A stretch of DNA of 40,869 bases from a virus. This document shows positions 24,028 through 33,487 of this stretch, one piece after another. The notes beneath the pieces are model-generated. The model was given only the letters and a program-made list of their open reading frames with translations, made no database searches and was not told the origin of the DNA. The stretch is from the IMG/VR virus record IMGVR_UViG_3300001200_000002, positions 1-40,869 of that record. The stretch is one strand, 5' to 3'. The position numbers and the translations under genes are program-made. Each line of letters starts with the position of its first letter. The stretch's first letter is position 1.

Positions 24028-25073
24028 AAACCAAGCTCCTTACGAAGTTCATCTTCAGCACTCATACCTGGTTCTGCTGAAGTACCAGAGTTTGTGATAA
24101 TGCCTGGAACAGCTGGGATATCTGTAATACTCTCTAGTCCTGAAAGATTATATCCTTGTGTTTTAAAAGCATCTAAATCTGATTTTTGTTTCTGCATTAA
24201 AAGCCTGTTAACAATTGCTAATTTATTTTCTGCAATTTCTGGAGTATCCCCAAGGGAAGGAAACATCTTTTTGTACTTTTCCTCATCCTCTTTTCTTAGA
24301 ACCCCACCCTCCATGAATCTACCAAAAGCTTGGGACGACGCCTTCATCTGTGCGTTTATGGTTTGAGCCTGTTCGTCGTAAGGATTCATAGAAGATATTG
24401 CACCCCTAACTGGATCGAATCTGTCCTTGTTAAGAGCTATAGTGTTTTTAACATCAACAAGCATAGCAGGAATTTGATTACCCTCATTTATTTTTTTAAC
24501 CATGTTGGCGGTTAAATCTTTAGAGTTCTCAGATACCTGACCTCCTGTAGAACCACCTGAGGCCTTAAGACTGTTTTTAAACCCTGCAAGCTGTTCTTGC
24601 ATCTTATACTGTTGGTTTAGGTAATCCAATTTATTTTGCTGTTTAAGGTTTTCTTGAGCCATTTTATCATTAGGTTTTTGAAGCTGTCTTTGAGCGTTTA
24701 TTAAATCAGAGGCCGTTCCCATAACACCTTGTCTTTGAGACATAAGTTTTTGCTCAAGCTGAGCTCTTTGATCAGCCACACTAGGGCCTCTCATTTGTTG
24801 GTACTGACCCGTAAGGTTTTGTCCCGGATTAAACATATCTGCAAGCATTGCAAGACCGGTTAAATCTCTTTTATCTTTCTTACCCTCTAACCCCTGAAGT
24901 TGTTGTTGAGTTTTTTGAATCCCTTGATTCTGAGCCTCAAATTGTGAAAGCTGTGCTTCTTGAAGCCTTTTCATAAGCATATCCGTTGGACTAGCCTGCA
25001 TCTGAGGATTCATGACACCTTTTAAGTTTGAGACAGCTTCTTCAACTGTCATGTCTTTTGGATCTTTTTTCAT
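24024..25073 (-). CDS. Q-rich virion protein candidate
   Basis: 349-aa ORF with ATGA overlap, in the late operon. Confidence 0.5.
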   Translation of the reverse strand: MKKDPKDMTVEEAVSNLKGVMNPQMQASPTDMLMKRLQEAQLSQFEAQNQGIQKTQQQLQGLEGKKDKRDLTGLAMLADMFNPGQNLTGQYQQMRGPSVADQRAQLEQKLMSQRQGVMGTASDLINAQRQLQKPNDKMAQENLKQQNKLDYLNQQYKMQEQLAGFKNSLKASGGSTGGQVSENSKDLTANMVKKINEGNQIPAMLVDVKNTIALNKDRFDPVRGAISSMNPYDEQAQTINAQMKASSQAFGRFMEGGVLRKEDEEKYKKMFPSLGDTPEIAENKLAIVNRLLMQKQKSDLDAFKTQGYNLSGLESITDIPAVPGIITNSGTSAEPGMSAEDELRKELGL

Positions 25074-25076
25074 AAA

Positions 25077-25475
25077 TTACCTCATATTAAAGTAAGGGCT
25101 AAAATTAGGCTGATAACTTAACTGAGAATATTGGGTCATACCAGGAGCTGCTGAGCCTGCAGCCATAGCACCTTGAGCTGCACCAGTTGTAGAAGCCGCG
25201 CCTGTAGTGGCACCTGAAGCACCAGCCGCTGCACCCGCACCGCCTAAAGCTTGTCCAACCATAGCACCTTGAGCTGCACCGCCTAAAATACTACTTGCAT
25301 AGTTTTGGTTTCCAAAGTTACCCGCACCTGGATCACCAAGGCCAGTCCATGGAGACATAGCAATAGCTGTTTTTCTATAGGCATCATGCTCTTTTTGCAT
25401 TTTTCTATTTTCTTTAGTATCAATAGCGCCTTTTATCGCACCCGCTCCACCAACAGCTACCATTACCCATGACAT
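25077..25475 (-). CDS. Gly/Ala-rich small membrane-active protein candidate
   Basis: 132 aa with an MSWVMVAVGGAGAIKGAI N-terminus and a long GxxxG/A-rich tract. Confidence 0.5.
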   Translation of the reverse strand: MSWVMVAVGGAGAIKGAIDTKENRKMQKEHDAYRKTAIAMSPWTGLGDPGAGNFGNQNYASSILGGAAQGAMVGQALGGAGAAAGASGATTGAASTTGAAQGAMAAGSAAPGMTQYSQLSYQPNFSPYFNMR

Positions 25476-25478
25476 ATT

Positions 25479-25919
25479 CTACCCCTCTTTTTCTTGTAAC
25501 TTGTAAAGCTCACCAATTCCCTCTACTTCAGAGTAATCTTGAGCTATAAATTTATCTTCAATCTTTTCTAAATCAGTTTCATCTGTTCCATGAACCGTCA
25601 CCCAAGTGCAATCTTCATGGATATATGCAGCTCTTTTTATACCAGGTTTTGATACCACAGTGTAAGGAGCTTCTATTGTTTTAAGACCATCCTCTGTTAA
25701 AAGAGTCATCTTCCCTTTTGCTAGAATATTTAAGCTTGAGTGTTTGTGAATCTTACCAACAAGCACAGTTCCTTTTGGTATGAATAGTTCACGCCCATAA
25801 ATGTCTTTTGAGAAGTGATGCTTAACAGGAAGATCCACGTGGTGTTTTTTAGGGATGTTTTTTAAAGTCTCTTGAAGTGAATATATTTTACTTCTAAAAG
25901 TTTTTATCAATTCACTCAT
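25479..25919 (-). CDS. cupin-like (double-stranded beta-helix) protein
   Basis: 146 aa with a beta-rich pattern (FIPKGTVLVGKIHKHSSLNILAKGKMTLL ... WVTVHGT). Low-resolution call. Confidence 0.35.
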   Translation of the reverse strand: MSELIKTFRSKIYSLQETLKNIPKKHHVDLPVKHHFSKDIYGRELFIPKGTVLVGKIHKHSSLNILAKGKMTLLTEDGLKTIEAPYTVVSKPGIKRAAYIHEDCTWVTVHGTDETDLEKIEDKFIAQDYSEVEGIGELYKLQEKEG

Positions 25920-26341
25920 ATCATGTGCTCCTCTAAAAGAAGCTCTAGCATTATATCACCTTTAAAAGTCCTAGTTCCAATGACTAAAAACCCTACTTTA
26001 AGAGCTATTTTTAGCATGCTTAAGTTAGTGTTTTGGATGTAGGTGGTGATTCTTTTATACCCATTAGAAAAACACCATTTAGCATTTCTTAAATAACTTT
26101 GATAAGCATGAACGGTGCCTTTTGAATTTGGGAAAGCTCCTCCGTGTTGCCAGTAAACTGATTCAGAATCAAGCTCCCTAACAGTGCAGTAGTTCATTGG
26201 CATTCTGTCTTTTATGTTTAACAAGCAAAAATCAATCCTATCCATGGAAGGATCTCTTTCTTGGTTAAAACATATTACGTGAGCTTGTGTAGAATATTTT
26301 TTCCACTCCTCACTAGAAAGCTTTTGAACCTCTACACTCAT
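25916..26341 (-). CDS. GNAT-like acetyltransferase-fold protein
   Basis: 141 aa. YWQHGGAFPNSKG ... ITTYIQNTNLSMLKIALKVGFLVIG resembles the GNAT core (beta4-alpha3, beta5-alpha4). Motif-level call only. Confidence 0.4.
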   Translation of the reverse strand: MSVEVQKLSSEEWKKYSTQAHVICFNQERDPSMDRIDFCLLNIKDRMPMNYCTVRELDSESVYWQHGGAFPNSKGTVHAYQSYLRNAKWCFSNGYKRITTYIQNTNLSMLKIALKVGFLVIGTRTFKGDIMLELLLEEHMI

Positions 26342-26955
26342 TACTTTTTACCACCACCGCTTGGAGCTGCATCTGCTGTTTTTATACTGGCCCAGGCATT
26401 CATGTTTTGATCAAAAACATTTGAATCAAACGCTCTTTCTTGAGAGATGTCTCCAAGGGTGTTTTGAATATTATATTGATCAACATTTTGGTTAAACTGA
26501 GCAGTGTTTAACTCTGCCTGACCTAAGCTATTTAAACTGTTAAGTCTGTTTTGTTCATCTGCAAGGTTAGCCTGTAAGCCTTGTCCAAAAACATTTTGTT
26601 GGTTTTGAAGGCTTTGTCTCATCCCATCTTGAGCTAGTAAAGAGGCAGCACCAGAGTTAACACCACCACGCATTGCAAGCTGGTCCATTTGTTGAGCCTG
26701 CGCTTGAGCAGTTTGTGCTTGGACATCACCGGCTTGTCTGTTTATCTGCTGCTGTTGAAGCTGTCTCCAAGTGCTTTGCTCGCCCGGTTGTCTTAAGCCT
26801 TCTTGCCTCATCATATCAAGGTAATCGGTGTTTAAGTTATTCCCAAGAACGTACTGGTTTTGTAAAGAACCATCAGCATTTCTAATGCTCTCAAACTCTG
26901 GAGCATCTGGCATTGAACCGTATTTTTCAAAGTAGGCAGTGTCTAACCAATTCAT
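26341..26955 (-). CDS. Q/N-rich virion protein candidate
   Basis: 204-aa ORF, contiguous in the late operon. Confidence 0.5.
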   Translation of the reverse strand: MNWLDTAYFEKYGSMPDAPEFESIRNADGSLQNQYVLGNNLNTDYLDMMRQEGLRQPGEQSTWRQLQQQQINRQAGDVQAQTAQAQAQQMDQLAMRGGVNSGAASLLAQDGMRQSLQNQQNVFGQGLQANLADEQNRLNSLNSLGQAELNTAQFNQNVDQYNIQNTLGDISQERAFDSNVFDQNMNAWASIKTADAAPSGGGKK

Positions 26956-27665
26956 TAATTTAACTCCTCGTAGTAAGAAAGATCCATTTCAATTTCATCA
27001 TTACCATCAGGCTGTGCATCAGATAAAGCTGTTTGCATCTTGCCTCTTTGCTGCTCAAGCATTTGAATAGCTACTGGTAAATTAGGGTGCCCCTCTTTTT
27101 CATACACTCTAACTTTTATAAATTGATAAATAAAGTTTATAAAAACAGGGATATCACATATGTCTGTATCCAATCCCGTCATTCTATTTAAGTTTCTTAA
27201 AAACCAAATATCAACAGCACCTGTGGCTGTCTCCCTAGCAGTTGGAATAAGAACAATCTTTGGGTCTGCCACTGCAGGGTTGTATATAAAATATTCATAC
27301 AAATCAGAGGTATTAAAGTTATCAGCTATTGCTTTTTTCTGAAACTTCTTATCCCCTGCAGGCTTTATTTCATAAACAGTAGACTGGTTGTTAAACATGA
27401 TTTTTCTAATTTTATGAGCGTATATCTCATCAGGTAGAGAATACTCATCTTGGTCGGCTACCAAATCTAGAGAATACTTATCAAGAAAATAATCAAGAGC
27501 CCTTCCTGACATTGTATTGATCTCGCCTTCGTACTCATCAATGGCCTCGTTTGCATAAGCAACAAGCTCATCAGGGCGCACAAAAAGCTCCCCTTGAAGA
27601 TCAAGGTCTCTTTGGATTTTAGCTTTGATCTCACCCCAGGTGTAGTATTTCTTTAAAGTGCTCAT
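26955..27665 (-). CDS. possible head-tail adaptor protein
   Basis: 236 aa. The call rests on position and a vague resemblance to podovirus adaptor proteins. Not verifiable here. Confidence 0.35.
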   Translation of the reverse strand: MSTLKKYYTWGEIKAKIQRDLDLQGELFVRPDELVAYANEAIDEYEGEINTMSGRALDYFLDKYSLDLVADQDEYSLPDEIYAHKIRKIMFNNQSTVYEIKPAGDKKFQKKAIADNFNTSDLYEYFIYNPAVADPKIVLIPTARETATGAVDIWFLRNLNRMTGLDTDICDIPVFINFIYQFIKVRVYEKEGHPNLPVAIQMLEQQRGKMQTALSDAQPDGNDEIEMDLSYYEELN

Positions 27666-27677
27666 AATCTTCCTTTA

Positions 27678-28160
27678 TTATAGCTGTGATTGCAGGTAAA
27701 ATCCAAGCCTTACATTAGACGTTGTGCCTACAGAGCTTGCTATATTGTAGTCAACCAAATCCCCTGGACTAAGTTCTATTAAAGTATCTAATTTTATAAT
27801 TTGTCCACGGCTTGTGAAATCAAGAGTGGCTTCAATATTGCTATTTTTTAGTATTTCTATGGATATAGAGGTCCCAAAGCTTGAACAGCTTAAAGATAAA
27901 GCCTCTATTTTAGAATCTTCGTGAGCTGTGAATCCTATACTCTCTTCTGCAGGTACAATAGACTTTACGAACAAATCAACAGCTACAAAATCAGTACCGT
28001 TATATCTTAAGTAAGACCCTTCTCTTGCAGCGTTTAGATTCACATCCCCTGCAGAGCCAATGGAGAATTGATTAAGGTAGCGCCTTAGAATCCTAAAGTT
28101 TTCTTGCACGTACTTGTCTTCAATCTCTCTTTCTAAAAGCTCTAAACGATTATTGATCAC
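27678..28160 (-). CDS. virion protein candidate
   Basis: 160-aa ORF in the late operon. Confidence 0.45.
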   Translation of the reverse strand: MINNRLELLEREIEDKYVQENFRILRRYLNQFSIGSAGDVNLNAAREGSYLRYNGTDFVAVDLFVKSIVPAEESIGFTAHEDSKIEALSLSCSSFGTSISIEILKNSNIEATLDFTSRGQIIKLDTLIELSPGDLVDYNIASSVGTTSNVRLGFYLQSQL

Positions 28161-30448
28161 TCTGGATTACTCCCATTTGAACCTTTAGTAAACGGTGTAT
28201 GAGACTTGCTTAAGTAACTCCAATGAAGAACATATCCGTTTAAAACAAGAACCTCGTTTTTTGGAATCCCAACCATAGAGAATTTAAAGTTTCCATCTAC
28301 CAAAATATCATCAGGGTCTTCTAAAACCACTTGGTTTGAGGTCCTTGAAGAAATTAAAAATCTTTCAGTGTAGTTGTCGTTTTCAAGTGTTATGAAGTAA
28401 TCCTCTACATCATCAGGGAAAGTAAAAACCCCACCTAACGTAGCTGTTTTGTTTGTACCATCAACTGTTATGTTCCCTATTAGATCAGAAGTAACAATCA
28501 AGGATTCAGCATTTGTAAGCTGAATCTGCTTGTATTGGCATCTTAAGCTGCCTGCTGGAAACCTTCGCCACTGCTCAATAATTCCTTGAAAATTCCAAAG
28601 AGCACGAGCGTCCCCCCAAATAGGAAGGGGTGATCCCCATACAATGCTCTGGTTGTATGTTATGGGCTGTAAGTCCCCCACAACTCTGTTAGAGTCATTA
28701 CTTGATTTAATTGCAAGGGATAAATTTGTGGTGTTTTCTGCTGAAATTAAAATACGTGGAACAAACTTTCTATAAAACTTTGAACCAAAGTCATGAAAGC
28801 ATGATTTATAGCTGTAAATTATGGCCTGATTTATCCAGTTTGCAGGGTCTGCAATGGAAAGGTCAACTTTTCTATCAGAAAACAAACTGTCTTCGTGATA
28901 AAAAATTAGACCCCTTGTGTCTCCACGATAAATTCTAAGCTCTTGAGTTTGAGGATCTTTGTGAAACTTTATGGCTGTGGGCCTAAAAGAATCCCCTCCA
29001 TCCATGGTGGTAAATGTAGAAGCTGCGCGTATTCCAAAACGAAGATCAAGTACAAAACACTTATTAGGTTCATCATCCACACCGTCTTCATTTACACTCC
29101 AAATAACTCTCTCATTGTTGGGATCATAAGTTCCCTGTATTCGCCTTGCTTTTTCAGTGTTTGAAACAAGCTTTTGATAGGTCTCATTTATACTATCTGA
29201 AATTTTCATAACCTTGTAGCCATCAGACCAATAAAATCCAATCTCTCCAGCCCAGAAAATACCTTTGTGCGTTTGAACAATAGAGTTGTTAGAAACACAC
29301 CCGGCTCTATCATCTATACGCCTAAGATCCATTGATCCATTGCCATCGCTTCCAAAGAATTGATCAATTCTGTAAATGAACTGTCTGCAAAAAAGCATTG
29401 GTCTATCAAATATAGAAGAAAGTCCAAAAATCTCTTGCTCTACCTCAGAGGTAAACTCTTTAGGAACACTATCAGGATCCCCTGGGATTGATTGATGAAC
29501 AGTGTACCTGCTTACTGCTGAGCCTTCTTGTGTGTGCGCGTAGTATCCAGTGTTATTGACTACGTGAACGTATTTACACAAAGGTGGGGCTGAATTAGAA
29601 ATGCGACCATTATCCCCGTATAAAACAGTGTTGTTTACAAGAGTTTCATCCTCAACTTCGTCTACAAAGGAAAGGGTAGTAAAGGGAACGGTTCCAACTC
29701 TGAAGTAATCGTCTGCACCGTTTTGCGTCCTGTAGATTTCGATTTGTAAATTATCTGTGTCATAATTACCTGTACCTGAAAAGCTTGAAGGAAGAGTTAT
29801 AGTTGAACCGTTACCTGCTGTAATCTCACCACCTGAAACAATGCGCGGGAAGAAGGTTACTGGCCCTCTATCCAAATAAGTTGTGTCTCCAACTTGGTAT
29901 GTGTAGGAAAAAATAAAAGCATAAGAATAAGTAAAATCAGAACCAGATGGATCCGTGATGTCCCCCGTTGCGAAGTCTGGAACATCTGGAAGACCCGCTG
30001 ACCTAACTTGTAAATCTTGGTTTTCATCAAAGTATACTCGCTGCACCTGTGAAAAAGCATCATTAGCCATAAGGATTTGACCTTGGTAATGAGCAGTTGA
30101 AATTAAAGAGTTGCTATCTCCTTGATCAAATAAAGGTCTATTTGTAGGACCTAATAATTCTGCATAAACTCCGGCATTATCATAAAAAAGCCTAGTTCCA
30201 GAAACAGACACTAGCGTGTCTTCATCCAAAAGAGTGTCGGGTACAAAATCAATCAAAGAAACTCTGTTTAGACCAGAGGGAAGTTGTGTGGTGATAAATA
30301 AATCACTACCCCATCTTGTCCTAGGTCTTTTATGGTTTGTGTAAAAAAAGTTCTTAAACTCTTCTGCAGTATTTGTCTCACCATCCACAAAGTAATCAGT
30401 TATCCCGCCTGAAAAATCTATAACCTCTAATGGCTGTGTTTGCATCAT
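28157..30448 (-). CDS. large tail structural protein (nozzle/tube-like by size and position)
   Basis: 763-aa ORF with beta-rich composition and ATGA overlaps on both sides. Confidence 0.5.
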   Translation of the reverse strand: MMQTQPLEVIDFSGGITDYFVDGETNTAEEFKNFFYTNHKRPRTRWGSDLFITTQLPSGLNRVSLIDFVPDTLLDEDTLVSVSGTRLFYDNAGVYAELLGPTNRPLFDQGDSNSLISTAHYQGQILMANDAFSQVQRVYFDENQDLQVRSAGLPDVPDFATGDITDPSGSDFTYSYAFIFSYTYQVGDTTYLDRGPVTFFPRIVSGGEITAGNGSTITLPSSFSGTGNYDTDNLQIEIYRTQNGADDYFRVGTVPFTTLSFVDEVEDETLVNNTVLYGDNGRISNSAPPLCKYVHVVNNTGYYAHTQEGSAVSRYTVHQSIPGDPDSVPKEFTSEVEQEIFGLSSIFDRPMLFCRQFIYRIDQFFGSDGNGSMDLRRIDDRAGCVSNNSIVQTHKGIFWAGEIGFYWSDGYKVMKISDSINETYQKLVSNTEKARRIQGTYDPNNERVIWSVNEDGVDDEPNKCFVLDLRFGIRAASTFTTMDGGDSFRPTAIKFHKDPQTQELRIYRGDTRGLIFYHEDSLFSDRKVDLSIADPANWINQAIIYSYKSCFHDFGSKFYRKFVPRILISAENTTNLSLAIKSSNDSNRVVGDLQPITYNQSIVWGSPLPIWGDARALWNFQGIIEQWRRFPAGSLRCQYKQIQLTNAESLIVTSDLIGNITVDGTNKTATLGGVFTFPDDVEDYFITLENDNYTERFLISSRTSNQVVLEDPDDILVDGNFKFSMVGIPKNEVLVLNGYVLHWSYLSKSHTPFTKGSNGSNPE

Positions 30449-30819
30449 TAGTATAAAACCTCAAGATCCAGGGGCTCATTTAAAAATACATAAATGCTTG
30501 TACTGCTTAAAAAAGCAATGCGTGGATATATCATCTCTTTAGTTGTCGGATCTCTAAAAGACACCCTTGTTGTAGCAATCAAAGATCCTATAGGAAGATT
30601 TAAAGTAGCTCTGTACTCAGTCCCCTCTATAGAAAAATCAGCTTGGGTTATGTTATCTACAGTAGTCTCAACACTAGAAGATGCTATCTTTCTAGAGGTG
30701 ATGCCATCATGAGTGTGATCGTTTTGAATTTCAGCATTACTACCAAGTGCGGGGAACCAAACATCACCCGTGTCACCTGTTTCTGGTTTAATAATACCTT
30801 TACTTAGCGTTTGTGCCAC
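30448..30819 (-). CDS. virion protein candidate
   Basis: 123-aa ORF in the late operon. Confidence 0.45.
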   Translation of the reverse strand: MAQTLSKGIIKPETGDTGDVWFPALGSNAEIQNDHTHDGITSRKIASSSVETTVDNITQADFSIEGTEYRATLNLPIGSLIATTRVSFRDPTTKEMIYPRIAFLSSTSIYVFLNEPLDLEVLY

Positions 30820-31234
30820 GTCTTACCCCCACAAGTTCAAAATGTGGAAGGTCATGAAAACTCTGGTCATCAAAATGATTATCAGAATCCCAGTCTCCGC
30901 CCCACCTTATCTTATATCCTAGTTTAAATGCTACACCCTTAACTATGCCAGCTAAAAAATAAAACCTATCCCAGTCGTTCCAATCAACTGGATAAGGTAT
31001 TACATCAACTGCAAGGCTTGGGCTTGTATTGTGTTTTGATCTAGGCCAGCGAAGTTTAGACTGGCCAATATCGTAGAGCTTGTTCTGTTCTTCTCTGTCT
31101 CTGTGACCTTCTATAACAGCACAATCTATGATTTTTATAACTTCATTAAAAATTTCTTGTAAGTAAGGGTGGGCTTCATCCAGGTTTTGTCTGGATCTTT
31201 TTCCAAATGCGTAGGTCTTTTTCTTTCGTGCCAT
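30800..31234 (-). CDS. endolysin, peptidase M15 (VanY / L-alanyl-D-glutamate peptidase type)
   Basis: EGHRDREEQNKLY, SKHNTSPSLAVDV and WGGDWDSDNHFDDQSFHDLPHFE match the H..D...H zinc site of M15 phage lysins. Confidence 0.85.
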   Translation of the reverse strand: MARKKKTYAFGKRSRQNLDEAHPYLQEIFNEVIKIIDCAVIEGHRDREEQNKLYDIGQSKLRWPRSKHNTSPSLAVDVIPYPVDWNDWDRFYFLAGIVKGVAFKLGYKIRWGGDWDSDNHFDDQSFHDLPHFELVGVRRGTNAK

Positions 31235-31533
31235 TATCGCCCCTCTATTTCATCAAAAATATACTCTAGATAAAACCTTTTATCTATGACTATAAATTTA
31301 TCCATATCAGGGTTATCCTGAATGGGAATGATTTGTTCTTTTTCGTCTTTAAGTTCACGAAAAAGAACTAAATCTTGTGGGTCAATCAGCCAAATCTCTA
31401 TCTCTGTTTTTCTTCTCTCGTGTGCGCATCCCATCGTAATCATACTTAGTAGGACGACCGCTAACACCAGATGCGTGCTCTTCAAGAGGTTTTTGAGACT
31501 TGTTTTCTGTACTTTCATCAACAGCCCCTTCAA
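31234..31533 (-). CDS. lipoprotein, outer-membrane spanin candidate
   Basis: Signal STHLVLAVVLLSMITMGC ending in Cys. It lies immediately upstream of the endolysin gene. Confidence 0.45.
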   Translation of the reverse strand: MKGLLMKVQKTSLKNLLKSTHLVLAVVLLSMITMGCAHERRKTEIEIWLIDPQDLVLFRELKDEKEQIIPIQDNPDMDKFIVIDKRFYLEYIFDEIEGR

Positions 31534-31595
31534 CTTCTTTTTTCAACTCAATCTTTTTTAGGTACACCAAAGCATCCCTAATAAGAAAAAGTATA

Positions 31596-31862
31596 TCACG
31601 TATCGCTAGAAGAAGTTTCAGCTTGTTTTTCCTTGTTAAGCGACTCCACCGCATCCTCTAACTGTTTAGTAAGAGGATTCTTACCAAGGGTAGGGAACAT
31701 CTGTAAGACTTTCATTATTAGGTTTCTGCCCTTACCAACAATTAAGTCATCCTTAGTTGATGGCGTTAACCTTACAACAACTGTGGCAATCAATACCAAA
31801 CCTAAAAATATAGATGGTAAAAGGCTAACCCAAGCCGGTAAGTTCGTTAAAATGTCTTCCAT
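31596..31862 (-). CDS. single-TM membrane protein (holin or inner-membrane spanin candidate)
   Basis: 88 aa with the TM segment WVSLLPSIFLGLVLIATVVVRL and a charged C-terminal region. Part of the lysis cluster. Confidence 0.45.
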   Translation of the reverse strand: MEDILTNLPAWVSLLPSIFLGLVLIATVVVRLTPSTKDDLIVGKGRNLIMKVLQMFPTLGKNPLTKQLEDAVESLNKEKQAETSSSDT

Positions 31863-31880
31863 TTGTCCCCCTAGTTAAAA

Positions 31881-32099
31881 TTATCTGTAATCTTTTCTAG
31901 TGAGTACTAACTCAAGTCCCCTTACTTCTTTGATTAAGAACTTTTCACCACCCACTACAACAGTAGGCTCTTCGCCTTTTTTTGCATCTTTCTTAAGCCC
32001 TAAAACGATTTCTTCGTTAGACTTTGGTCCCTTTGGAGCCTCAGTTTTAACTGGTGCTTTTGCTGAAGGTTTTTTCTCTTCTTTTTCTTTAGTAGCCAT
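31881..32099 (-). CDS. Lys-rich small protein
   Basis: 72-aa ORF preceded by AAAGGAGA. Confidence 0.5.
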   Translation of the reverse strand: MATKEKEEKKPSAKAPVKTEAPKGPKSNEEIVLGLKKDAKKGEEPTVVVGGEKFLIKEVRGLELVLTRKDYR

Positions 32100-32112
32100 G
32101 TGCTATCTCCTT

Positions 32113-33204
32113 TTATAAACTATTATTCTCTGTAATATTATTTAACTTTTTAAGTGTTACGTAAGACTGTCCTATACCAGCGATAACAGTGACGGATCCG
32201 CCGGATACAGCTACATCAAACTCCAAAGACTGTACCCCTGAACTACCAGTTTTAAAAATCTTAGACGCTCCAGCACTTAAAACTAATGCATCAGCTCCAT
32301 CTTGAGATTGACCTTGAGCACCTACTCGTGTAACCCCCGTCCTCACTCCATTGTCATTTAAAACAGCTACTACTTGAATATCTTCGTCATTCTGTATAGA
32401 CAACTTCCCATGTATATGAACCTCGTAAGTAGAATTATTTTCTAAAGCAGGAAATTTTAAATCAGTTAGTGTATCTGTAGTATTTGCTGAAAAAGAAGCA
32501 GAAACTGATAAAGTTTTTGTTCTAAACTGATCTGCATTTGGAACTTTTGTACCTATCTGTCTCCAAGTAGACCCATCGCTATAGAATGCATGCACAGGTT
32601 TAAAGGCAGCATTACTAAAAGGTGCATTCCCGTCAAAAGGGATTGTTCCTGAATTAGTGTTAACAGTTGTTGTTGTTTGGCCAGAACCGTTTGTGAAACT
32701 AAAACCTTGTGCGTAAAAAACTAAACCGGGAACAGATGCGGGGTCACCAAGGTTTATGTTCTCTATGCCTGTGGCTGAGCTCTCAACCCAAGAAATACCT
32801 ACGTTTCTAGTAATGTCATTATCTAGAAATTGTGATTCATAACCAACGTCGATACCACCCGCGCCACCAACTTCAGTTTCAACTCCATTTTCATCTAAAG
32901 AAAACAAACCTCCGCTAGGCTTTGTAAATAAAGTTGTAAACCCCGATGTTGGGTTTGTAGGATTTGAAGATAAGTTTTGAATATTGAAACCACCATTTAT
33001 TTGAGGTCTTTGTAAAATTTTATTTTGAAAAGTTTGTGCTGAAGTTAAATCAGCAAAAGTGAGCCAAGTTGTGGCGTCTCCTAAAACTTTGTACTCTTTT
33101 GTATCTGTTCTAAAGATACCACGCCCGATTGTTTGCGCTGTCGGTGTAGGGTCTGATGTTACATTCTCAAATTGTGCTGCAATTAATTGACCGTGTACTC
33201 TCAT
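32113..33204 (-). CDS. fibre-like virion protein
   Basis: The N-terminus MRVHGQLIAAQFENVTSDPTPTAQTIGRGIFRTDTKEYKVLGDATTW resembles a common phage fibre N-terminal motif. Confidence 0.55.
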   Translation of the reverse strand: MRVHGQLIAAQFENVTSDPTPTAQTIGRGIFRTDTKEYKVLGDATTWLTFADLTSAQTFQNKILQRPQINGGFNIQNLSSNPTNPTSGFTTLFTKPSGGLFSLDENGVETEVGGAGGIDVGYESQFLDNDITRNVGISWVESSATGIENINLGDPASVPGLVFYAQGFSFTNGSGQTTTTVNTNSGTIPFDGNAPFSNAAFKPVHAFYSDGSTWRQIGTKVPNADQFRTKTLSVSASFSANTTDTLTDLKFPALENNSTYEVHIHGKLSIQNDEDIQVVAVLNDNGVRTGVTRVGAQGQSQDGADALVLSAGASKIFKTGSSGVQSLEFDVAVSGGSVTVIAGIGQSYVTLKKLNNITENNSL

Positions 33205-33219
33205 TAAAATTCCCCTAAT

Positions 33220-33423
33220 TTAGACAAGTTTATTGTCTGAAAAAAATAGTGTGTTGTCTAGTATGGAGGCCCCTACCCCAACTGTGTTAGAAATACCCAA
33301 ATTAGCAGCACCATCAGCAATCCAAGTATCCCTTGATTTGAAACGTATTGAAGTAAGGACCATAATAAAAAAATTGAGTGAAAGAAGCGATGTGGCTTTT
33401 TTAATAAATTGGTGCGCTATCAT
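33220..33423 (-). CDS. hypothetical small protein
   Basis: 67-aa ORF whose ATG follows AAGAGG by 5 nt. It lies between the capsid-gene terminator and the fibre-like gene. Confidence 0.4.
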   Translation of the reverse strand: MIAHQFIKKATSLLSLNFFIMVLTSIRFKSRDTWIADGAANLGISNTVGVGASILDNTLFFSDNKLV

Positions 33424-33450
33424 CCAGACCTCTTTAAAGACTTAAAGTTA

Positions 33451-33475
33451 AAAAGGGACTCATTGAGTCCCTTTT
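33451..33475 (-). terminator. rho-independent terminator (bidirectional form) downstream of the capsid gene
   Basis: AAAA-GGGACTC-att-GAGTCCC-TTTT: a perfect 7-bp GC-rich stem flanked by A and T runs, starting 13 nt after the capsid stop. Confidence 0.8.
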
Positions 33476-33487
33476 AAAGGTTTTAGC

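Noticed and set aside
31382-31654. 90-aa ORF overlapping the lipoprotein gene, considered as an Rz/Rz1-style overlapped inner-membrane spanin
   Set aside because: Its putative N-terminal segment (KLKLLLAIRDILFLIRDALVYL) is interrupted by Arg and Asp and is not a credible TM helix. It also overlaps the end of the 31596 gene. It is probably an off-frame artefact.
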